A DNA stretch of 64,000 nucleotides. It comes from Fibrobacter sp. (lineage in GTDB: Bacteria; Fibrobacterota; Fibrobacteria; Fibrobacterales; Fibrobacteraceae). The notes beneath the pieces are model-generated. The model saw only the letters and a list, made by a program, of their open reading frames with translations, was not told where the DNA came from and did no database searches. This document shows, piece after piece, positions 57,095-64,000 of the stretch. A program made the translations under genes and the position numbers. The stretch spans positions 9,127 to 73,126 of the forward strand of contig JBGUQN010000004.1 of the NCBI GenBank assembly GCA_045131085.1. Reading direction: 5' to 3'. Within the stretch, counting starts at the first letter, position 1. Each line of letters opens with the position of its first letter.

Positions 57095-58816
57095 ATGAAT
57101 ACGAAATTCCTTGCACTGTTCGCCGCGATTCCCATGCTCTTCGCCTGTAGCGAACCGACGCACACCAATTCTTCGTCCGTAACCGACGGGAACGGCAGTT
57201 ATGCCGAGGACTCGTTCAGTTCCAGTTCATCGATTAGCGAGAGACTCGATATCCACTACCGCGATACGCTCTCTGCCGGCGACACGATGAACTTCTACAT
57301 GGAACTTGCAACCTGGGATACCGTAAAAGTCAAGGTCCCGAAAGATTCTACGGGCAAGAAAACCAAGGATTCGACCTACGTCGAAAAGGTCTGCCACGAT
57401 GATATCGTGTGCATTGACAGCGTCAATTCAACAATTTCGTTCTTCCTCGGGGATCTCCCGAAGGGGACCCGCGTCAGCGTGATTGCCTCCACCAGCGGCA
57501 TGGAAAAAGACACCATCCGCATCCGTGGAGAAAAGGGATCCGACGCCCAGACTCTCCTGCCCATACAGGACCCGCAGAAAAAAGATTCCACCCGTGACGA
57601 CGTCTATGGCAACTACATGCTGCCCGGTAGTGGCGCCGACATGCTGTCGAACCAGTTCGTGCTCTTCGACGACGACTTCTGCTACCTCGACCTCAAGGCG
57701 AAATTCGATACCGCCTCGCACCTGCGCATAAAAGTCGACATAGACACGGCCTACTACAACTACATCGGCGATTCCGCCCACATCGACATCGACCTGCGCG
57801 ACACCATCCGCGGCATCCTCGTCATCGGCCAATCCCCGAAAAAAATTGACGTCGCCTTCAAGGTAGAAACCGGTTTCAGCGTGAACCTCTCCGTGAGCGG
57901 CTACAGCATCAACAAGTACGAACTGAGAGACAAGAACAAGAACGTATACTCCCCCGCCTCCGACACGCTCGACACCCTGCTCGTCACCAACGATTCCTCC
58001 GAATGGACTCTCTCGCTGTACCCGAGCAATGTCGTGAGCTTCCTTGACGGGCCGTTTGCCACCTTCGAAGCGGCAACCCGTTTCCGCAGACTGAACCAGG
58101 GCGAATACCTCGCAAAACCCGACTCCATTATTTATCCGGGCGACACGCTTACCATCGTAAGGCCCGCGAACGACTCCACCAAGTACTACCTGCGCCAGGA
58201 CCACTACGTGTGGCTCGCCGACCTCAAGAAGGGAGACTCGCTCGTAGTGTACCACGACATGGAAGGCTACTGCAAGTACATGGAATGTAAGGGCACCCCA
58301 AGGGCACAGTACTGGCTCATCAACGACAAGGGCGATTCCGTGGGCACCATCAACAGCCTCGAACACAGCTTCAAGGCCAAGAAGGACGGCCCCGTGTACC
58401 TGCGCTACCTGCAACTCAACTCGAAGGCCCTCACCGACTCGAACCTCACCCTGAGGACGTTCATCCAGAGGCCCGGGTCACTCGATTCCCTCAAGTTCTA
58501 CAACGAGGCAAAGGATGTCACCTACTCCACCAAGCGCGTGGCCCCCGGCGACACCGTGAAGCTCTCGGAATTCGCCTTCCAGACCGTCCCCTACAAGACG
58601 AGTTACAACGTCAAGTGGTTCGTGCCCTGCGAAGACCTGACCACCCTCGGTAACGCCGCCTACATAAGCCAGCTCGAAAACTGCAAGGGCGAACAGGAGA
58701 TATCTTCGTTCTACCTGATAGCGCAGTCCGACGCCACCGACAAGGACGCAAGGCTCATCGCCCAGAGCATGGCGGACCCCCTCATGAGGGACACTTTGAC
58801 CATAAACGTGCGCTAA
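57095..58816 (+). CDS. Hypothetical lipoprotein
   Basis: Start reassigned to ATG 57095; lipobox LFAC; host-like codon usage. Confidence 0.78.
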   Translation: MNTKFLALFAAIPMLFACSEPTHTNSSSVTDGNGSYAEDSFSSSSSISERLDIHYRDTLSAGDTMNFYMELATWDTVKVKVPKDSTGKKTKDSTYVEKVCHDDIVCIDSVNSTISFFLGDLPKGTRVSVIASTSGMEKDTIRIRGEKGSDAQTLLPIQDPQKKDSTRDDVYGNYMLPGSGADMLSNQFVLFDDDFCYLDLKAKFDTASHLRIKVDIDTAYYNYIGDSAHIDIDLRDTIRGILVIGQSPKKIDVAFKVETGFSVNLSVSGYSINKYELRDKNKNVYSPASDTLDTLLVTNDSSEWTLSLYPSNVVSFLDGPFATFEAATRFRRLNQGEYLAKPDSIIYPGDTLTIVRPANDSTKYYLRQDHYVWLADLKKGDSLVVYHDMEGYCKYMECKGTPRAQYWLINDKGDSVGTINSLEHSFKAKKDGPVYLRYLQLNSKALTDSNLTLRTFIQRPGSLDSLKFYNEAKDVTYSTKRVAPGDTVKLSEFAFQTVPYKTSYNVKWFVPCEDLTTLGNAAYISQLENCKGEQEISSFYLIAQSDATDKDARLIAQSMADPLMRDTLTINVR

Positions 58817-58948
58817 ATCGCCCAAGAAAAGGGCAAAAGCCTTGAAATTCGCCCCGGAATTGCTATTTTTGGGGCCTAATCTTGCAAGTCGCGCCAAGCT
58901 CTGCCAATTTGCAAGCTGAACCAAAGAGCTTCCTCAAAGAGGTATAAT

Positions 58949-59554
58949 ATGTCCTCCTTCCGTGGACCGAAAGGCAAGGTCGCCCGCTCCCTGGGCATTG
59001 CCGTTTCTCAGAAGACTCAGAAGGCGCTTGACCGCCGTAACTTCGCTCCTGGCCAGCATGGCCAGAACCGCAAGAAGTCTGCTTCCGTTTACAAGCAGCA
59101 GTTGGTCGAAAAGCAGCGTCTTCGTTTCACCTACAACATTTCCGAAGCTCAGCTTGCCAAGGCATACAAGGAAGCTAACCGTCGTGAAGGTTCTGCCGGT
59201 GATAACCTGATGATTCTTCTTGAAACCCGTCTTGACGCTCTCGTCTACCGCATGGGTTTCGCCCGTACAATCTTTGCTGCCCGTCAGTACGTTACGCACG
59301 GTCACTTCACCGTGAACGGCGTCCGTAGCTTCTCTCCGGCTCGTCAGATCAAGGCCGGTGACGTGATCGCTATCCGCGAGCAGTCCAAGGAACACGTTCA
59401 GATCAAGGAAGCCGCTGCCAACGCTCCGGCCGCCCCTGAATACCTGACTGTCGACACGAACAAGATCGAAGGCACGCTCGTGAAGCTCCCGCTCCGCGAA
59501 CAGATCCCGGTCAAGCTCGAAGAACAGCTCGTCGTGGAATACTACTCCAGGTAG
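58949..59554 (+). CDS. rpsD: 30S ribosomal protein S4
   Basis: PGQHG, YKQQLVEKQ, LETRLDALVYR.GFA, ARQYVTHGH; codon bias typical of highly expressed genes; RBS GAGG. Confidence 0.97.
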   Translation: MSSFRGPKGKVARSLGIAVSQKTQKALDRRNFAPGQHGQNRKKSASVYKQQLVEKQRLRFTYNISEAQLAKAYKEANRREGSAGDNLMILLETRLDALVYRMGFARTIFAARQYVTHGHFTVNGVRSFSPARQIKAGDVIAIREQSKEHVQIKEAAANAPAAPEYLTVDTNKIEGTLVKLPLREQIPVKLEEQLVVEYYSR

Positions 59555-59577
59555 TAGACCTTACAAACGCAAGTTTG

Positions 59578-59606
59578 AACACCCTGCTCCGGCAGGGTGT
59601 TTTTTT
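59578..59606 (+). terminator. rpsD intrinsic terminator
   Basis: AACACCCTGC-TCCG-GCAGGGTGTT followed by a T-run. Confidence 0.9.
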
Positions 59607-60135
59607 ATCGCTTTTCTTCTATATCTATAACGTGCTCTAACTTATTCCACGGGTCTCTAGCGACCATCCAATAGTCACAGACATAGTGAATATCAATTTG
59701 TTCCGTGAAGTTCTTTTTGTCAATGCACCTGAAATCTCCATCGAGGTTGTATGTTATGACGGAGCCGGCGCACTCGACATTGCTCTTGGTCGAATCACTT
59801 TTATAGTTTGCACATAATCTAGCCAGTTTTGCCTTGCCGCACTTGGGGTGGCTTTCACGTATTGTCGCAACACCATCGTTCAGGACCATATCGAATTCAC
59901 CTGGCTGGCGGTACGTAACCCTTATTTGGACGGTATCGCCATAAACCTTAAGGTCGCAGAAAGCCTGGAAGCCTTTATAGCATTGCAACGAATCGTTTGC
60001 GAGGGGCACGGCGTTATCCATACCTTTCCAGAATCGCCCCCATTGTACAGCAGCATCTTCTGCACGGCACCCTGCAGCATCGCAAGCGGCAGAGAGCGCA
60101 AGGGTAATCGAGAATAATGCGTCAAGGAATCTCAT
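59605..60135 (-). CDS. Cys-rich secreted hypothetical protein
   Basis: Hydrophobic N-terminus, several Cys residues, visibly lower GC than the neighbours. Confidence 0.6.
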   Translation of the reverse strand: MRFLDALFSITLALSAACDAAGCRAEDAAVQWGRFWKGMDNAVPLANDSLQCYKGFQAFCDLKVYGDTVQIRVTYRQPGEFDMVLNDGVATIRESHPKCGKAKLARLCANYKSDSTKSNVECAGSVITYNLDGDFRCIDKKNFTEQIDIHYVCDYWMVARDPWNKLEHVIDIEEKR

Positions 60136-60180
60136 AAGGCTTTATATTGAATATATAAAAAACATCTCGTTCCACCGTAC

Positions 60181-60213
60181 AAAAAAAACACCTACCGGAC
60201 GGCAGGTGCTTTC
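60181..60213 (-). terminator. Intrinsic terminator
   Basis: A-run plus imperfect stem CACCTACC/GGCAGGTG. Confidence 0.6.
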
Positions 60214-60241
60214 TGTACAAACTAAACTGAACCAGGAGGGC

Positions 60242-60580
60242 TTACAGCAGGCCCTTCTTGGCACTCTTCATCAGGTTCTTCACCTGCTTGCTCGTGAGCT
60301 GCGGGACTTCGGCGTCCTTCTGCGCACGCGACTTGGGAGCGCAATCTTCGCAGTAATGCTTGATGACGGTTCCGAAGCTTGCCGCGCCATCGGTCCTGTC
60401 GGTCTGGCGGCTACGGAATGCACGGACGAGCGTCTCCTTGTGGCACTTGTCGCAGACACCCATCTTGGGTTCCGCCGGCTGTCTGGGGCCGCGGTCCTTT
60501 TTCGCCTGGTCGTGGGTCATGTTCCAGGCCCTGCTCTGGGCCGCAATCTTTTGCGCAAAATGATCGTCTAAGAGGCTCAT
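60242..60580 (-). CDS. Small basic protein with a Zn-finger-like CxxC...CxxC motif
   Basis: GVCDKCH and HYCEDCA; RBS AAGGAG. Confidence 0.75.
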   Translation of the reverse strand: MSLLDDHFAQKIAAQSRAWNMTHDQAKKDRGPRQPAEPKMGVCDKCHKETLVRAFRSRQTDRTDGAASFGTVIKHYCEDCAPKSRAQKDAEVPQLTSKQVKNLMKSAKKGLL

Positions 60581-60592
60581 ACTATCTCCTTA

Positions 60593-61180
60593 TTATTCTT
60601 TAATCTCTTTCAATATACAATCTTCAAGGAACAGCGACTGCAAGGTTATGCACAAAGAGGTGGGTTTGGCATCTTCCGAATACAGGCTGCGGGCGAACTT
60701 GCCCCTTTCGAGCTGTTTTTCCTTAAAGATTTCCGCATGGGCGGCAAAATCGAGAACCTTCACGCGGTCGGGGTACTGGCCCTCGAACGCCTTTATGGCC
60801 TCGTTTATGATACCGATGTCCTTTTCGGCACCGGGCAAAAAGTCGACAGGTATGGTCTCCACCATTATCACGGACTGCGTCTTGTTCACGAGTTCGCGCA
60901 TGAGGCATGCGTAATTCTCGGCGGTCTTCGCGCCGTCGCCGGTATCCTTCCTCAGGTCACGGAGGCCAAGGCCAAGCACTATACGCCCGGCCTTCTTGCC
61001 GATGATGTCGGACGCCGCACGCTGGATGAGCTGCGGTATGGAAAGCGGCGTAGGGGCGTTTATGGAAAACTGCATGGGACGGCTGGGCGCCCTGCACAGG
61101 AGCATCTCGGCACAGCGCGAGGCCACCTCGCCCTGCTCTCCGAAAAGTTCGTCACCTAATATAAGTATCCTGTTTTCCAT
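60593..61180 (-). CDS. SGNH/GDSL-fold protein, probably non-catalytic
   Basis: ILILGDEL (GDS-like), LGLGLRD, NEAIK..VLD, DAKPT (DxxH-like). Confidence 0.6.
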   Translation of the reverse strand: MENRILILGDELFGEQGEVASRCAEMLLCRAPSRPMQFSINAPTPLSIPQLIQRAASDIIGKKAGRIVLGLGLRDLRKDTGDGAKTAENYACLMRELVNKTQSVIMVETIPVDFLPGAEKDIGIINEAIKAFEGQYPDRVKVLDFAAHAEIFKEKQLERGKFARSLYSEDAKPTSLCITLQSLFLEDCILKEIKE

Positions 61181-61184
61181 GCCC

Positions 61185-61727
61185 TTAATTTACTTTCTTA
61201 TTATCGGGTTTGACCACGAAAATAGCCCAATAATTCTGTTTTTTTTCACGGGAGACAATGCTACAGCCGTCCGCGACCAGCGCTCCGGGGACGTTTTCGA
61301 CGGGCGATCCCTCGTCGAGCCATATTTCCAGGACCCTGCCGAGCGGGTACCCCGCCATCACGAGCCTGGAACGCACGGCATTCCCGGGGCAGACGACCCC
61401 CCGCAGGTCCAGCACGTCGGGGAAATCCGCAGACAGACCCTCGGGCAGCGGTCCGGACTTCGCGTTCTCGCAGAAGGCGGCAATCGGGGCGCAGTTCGCC
61501 TGCGGGTCTTCGAGCCACTGCCCCAGCGGGCATTCCGGGAGGCGGGATGCCACCATCCTGGAGAGGGCTTCCTCGGGTGCAAGAACAACCCCGATTGCCC
61601 TGCGAAAGCATTCCACGCAGGCATACGAAACTAGTCTCCGGAGGGCGTCTTCAAACCCCGGTTCACCCCGATGGGCATCCATCCACCGGCGAAGTGTAGT
61701 CTCGCTATCCGTTTCCCTTTTATCCAT
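61185..61727 (-). CDS. Protein with a C-terminal TusA-like sulfur-carrier domain
   Basis: LDLRGVVCPGN..LEIWLD.G...ENVP..L..DG. Confidence 0.72.
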   Translation of the reverse strand: MDKRETDSETTLRRWMDAHRGEPGFEDALRRLVSYACVECFRRAIGVVLAPEEALSRMVASRLPECPLGQWLEDPQANCAPIAAFCENAKSGPLPEGLSADFPDVLDLRGVVCPGNAVRSRLVMAGYPLGRVLEIWLDEGSPVENVPGALVADGCSIVSREKKQNYWAIFVVKPDNKKVN

Positions 61728-61783
61728 ACTTTTTACCCGAATTTACAATTTAGCAACGCTTTGTCAGAAAAAGCGCAAAATCG

Positions 61784-61842
61784 GACATTTTTGTAAAAAA
61801 TGTCTTTTTTATCAACATTTTTCGCATAAAATTCGCATAAAA
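61784..61842. promoter_or_regulatory. Palindrome and tandem direct repeat in a divergent promoter region
   Basis: GACATTTTT-GTA-AAAAATGTC (61784-61804); TTCGCATAAAA twice (61821-61842). Confidence 0.45.
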
Positions 61843-61925
61843 AATAGCAACGAAATATGGCAAAGTAGCTCAATGGTTTCTATATTTGGCGCCAAGCATT
61901 CAATTATGCAAAGGTTTTTGAAACG

Positions 61926-63476
61926 ATGAGTACTTTCCTTCTCTACGCAATGTTCGTAGTCTATGTCATCGCCGGCGTGGGATTGGTGATTTACGGGTTC
62001 AGCTGCTACTATAGCATATACCTATTCCTAAAGAATAGTCGACACACGCGACTCTCCGACCGCAAGAAGATTCTCAAGTTCTACCGCGAGCATTCTATAA
62101 ATGACCTCCCGCAGGTCACAACCCAGCTCCCCGTGTTCAACGAGGCGAACTGCGTCGAGCGACTCCTCGAAGCCGTCTGCGCCATTGACTACCCCAAGGA
62201 CAAGCACGAAATCCAGGTTCTGGACGACTCCACCGACGAATGCTACGAAGTGGCGAAGAAGAAGGTGGAAGAACTTGCCGCGAAGGGTTACGACATCAAG
62301 CTTATCCACCGCACGAACCGTCAGGAATTCAAGGCCGGCGCCCTCAAGGAAGCCATGGCCGTTGCAAAGGGCGAATTCCTCGCGATTTTCGACGCGGACT
62401 TCGTGCCGGAGAAGGACTTCCTCCTGAAGACCATCCCCTACCTGGTGATGGACGATCAGATTGGCCTGGTCCAGGGCCGCTGGGGCCACCTGAACCGCAC
62501 CGAATCCGGTCTTACGCTCGCCCAGTCCATCGGTATCGACGGTCACTTCGTTATTGAACAGTCCGCACGTAGCTGGGGCAAGTTGTTCATGAACTTCAAC
62601 GGTACCGCAGGTGTGTGGCGCAAGCAGGCCATCTACGGCGGTGGCGGCTGGGAAGGCGACACGCTGACCGAAGACATGGACCTTTCTTACCGTTCTCAGC
62701 TCGCTGGTTGGAAGATGAAGTTCGTGTTCGACGTGATCGTTCCGGCCGAACTCCCGAACGACATCAACGCCTACAAGGCACAGCAGTTCCGCTGGGCCCG
62801 CGGTTCCATCCAGACTGCCATCAAGATTCTGCCGCGCGTGTGGAAGGCAAAGGTTCCGCTCCGCATCAAGATTGGCGCATTCCTGCACACGACGCACTAC
62901 TCCATCCACCCCTGCATGTTGTTTACCGCACTCTGCGCATGGCCGCTGCTTGCGTTCTTTGAACCGGTCGCACACCTGCCGAGCTGGGCATACACTGTCG
63001 GCTTCAGCTTTATCTTCCTCGCCGCTATTGCTCCCTCTGTTCTTTACTTTGTGGCACAGCGCTGCTCCGGCTACACCGGCTGGAAGATCCGCATGCTCTC
63101 CCTCCCCATCCTGATGGCGCTTGGCGTGGGCATTGCCGTGAACAACACGCGCGCCGTATTCGGTGCCGTTACCGGCGTGAAGGGCAGCTTCGTCCGCACC
63201 CCGAAGAGCGGCGGATCCAAGAAGAAGGCCAAGAGCCACTACGCACAGAAGTTCCCCTGGATGGCTGTCCTCGAACTCGGCGTGGGCGTCTACTGCATCT
63301 TCGGTCTTTTGGAATACATCGGTGCCCAGAAATTTATCATCGGACCGTTCCTCGCCCTCTATGCCGTAGGATTCCTCTCCGTGGGCGTGCTCAGCTTTAT
63401 GCACTTTATCGGAAACATCTTCGAAGTGCGCAAGGCCCGCAAGGAAAATGGCAACGTCGAAGAACAGGAAAGCTAA
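61926..63476 (+). CDS. GT2 processive glycosyltransferase (cellulose-synthase-like, CslA type)
   Basis: QLPVFNE, QVLDDSTD, FKAGAL, FDADF, NFNGTAG, TEDMDL, QQFRW (D,D,D,QxxRW); multiple transmembrane helices. Confidence 0.9.
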   Translation: MSTFLLYAMFVVYVIAGVGLVIYGFSCYYSIYLFLKNSRHTRLSDRKKILKFYREHSINDLPQVTTQLPVFNEANCVERLLEAVCAIDYPKDKHEIQVLDDSTDECYEVAKKKVEELAAKGYDIKLIHRTNRQEFKAGALKEAMAVAKGEFLAIFDADFVPEKDFLLKTIPYLVMDDQIGLVQGRWGHLNRTESGLTLAQSIGIDGHFVIEQSARSWGKLFMNFNGTAGVWRKQAIYGGGGWEGDTLTEDMDLSYRSQLAGWKMKFVFDVIVPAELPNDINAYKAQQFRWARGSIQTAIKILPRVWKAKVPLRIKIGAFLHTTHYSIHPCMLFTALCAWPLLAFFEPVAHLPSWAYTVGFSFIFLAAIAPSVLYFVAQRCSGYTGWKIRMLSLPILMALGVGIAVNNTRAVFGAVTGVKGSFVRTPKSGGSKKKAKSHYAQKFPWMAVLELGVGVYCIFGLLEYIGAQKFIIGPFLALYAVGFLSVGVLSFMHFIGNIFEVRKARKENGNVEEQES

Positions 63477-63484
63477 GCCTCGGG

Positions 63485-63694
63485 CTACAACCTATTTGCA
63501 TTTGAGCATTCGCGCAGGTCGCGAATGCTTTTTTGCATCTGGAGGAAGCGTTCGGACGATTCGGTGACGTAGGCATCACGGCTCACGATGTACCCGCGGT
63601 AGAACGAGCCGTATAGCCCGAGGGCGACGGACACGAGTATGCCGGCGACAGCGAGCGCCACCATGAGTTCCATCAGCGTGAAGCCTTTGCGCAT
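63485..63694 (-). CDS. Short prepilin-type N-terminal cleavage/methylation protein
   Basis: MRKG-FTLMELMVALAV class III signal peptide. Confidence 0.8.
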   Translation of the reverse strand: MRKGFTLMELMVALAVAGILVSVALGLYGSFYRGYIVSRDAYVTESSERFLQMQKSIRDLRECSNANRL

Positions 63695-64000
63695 CGCACA
63701 AGCCTCCTCAACGTGAAGTTACCTGAATGGACCTCGACCCACTGGAGGGCGTGAGGCCCTGGAATCGGTGTATAGACCGCGCGAATTTTAAAAGGAGAAA
63801 CAACATGGTGAGGCCCTTGGGTCAGGAAGGTTTCTGCACGCATTAGGACTGTGTCGGCGCAGGGCGGGAGCGATACGGCGATGGAATCGAGGTAAGCTAC
63901 AGCGGCAACAGCGGAGTCGGCATGGGCGATTTCGGCGGAGGAGATGCGGTTGAAGGCACCGGCATAGTGCCCGAGCGCCACCGCGCCGGCCGCGAGGACG
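63673..64000 (-). CDS. Partial pseudopilin-like protein (5' end lies outside the window)
   Basis: The frame stays open to the window edge and reads VLAAGAVALGHY..., like the hydrophobic helix of a prepilin; it overlaps the next pilin gene. Confidence 0.5.
   Translation of the reverse strand, partial: VLAAGAVALGHYAGAFNRISSAEIAHADSAVAAVAYLDSIAVSLPPCADTVLMRAETFLTQGPHHVVSPFKIRAVYTPIPGPHALQWVEVHSGNFTLRRLVRCAKASR

Noticed and set aside
61720-61817. DnaA-box-like words TTATCCATA and TTATCAACA
   Set aside because: Single-mismatch matches in AT-rich DNA are expected by chance.
61926-63476. True cellulose synthase (bcsA) operon
   Set aside because: No PilZ domain and no bcsB, bcsZ or bcsC neighbours.

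Overview
A gene-dense chromosomal window with GC-rich coding regions, very probably from a Fibrobacter species (FISUMP-domain lipoproteins, a TIGR02171-type lipoprotein, tandem CE6 esterases with a C-terminal sorting-type tail, a GH9). Housekeeping genes include metF, ppa, hrpB, ftsE, surA, hrpA, a membrane pyrophosphatase, tsaA/trmO, nadE, a moxR-DUF58-transglutaminase trio, a dnaA homologue, a U32 protein and rpsD. I saw no rRNA, tRNA, CRISPR array, integrase, transposase or reverse transcriptase. The strongest leads are: (1) at least four REP-like palindromes inserted in frame in hrpA; (2) a divergent dnaA homologue that lacks the arginine-finger motif, has an altered DNA-recognition helix and carries a perfect DnaA box over its start codon; (3) a deletion scar in which a signal peptide is fused in frame to a C-terminal sorting tail; (4) a 46-aa zinc-ribbon ORF absent from the ORF track, plus a heptamer hairpin, just upstream of hrpA; (5) a candidate ~70-nt C-rich sRNA complementary to the leader of its neighbouring gene; (6) a NadE with an eroded glutaminase domain and a probable Na+,H+-PPase. 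All family calls come from motifs recognised by eye; no searches were run.
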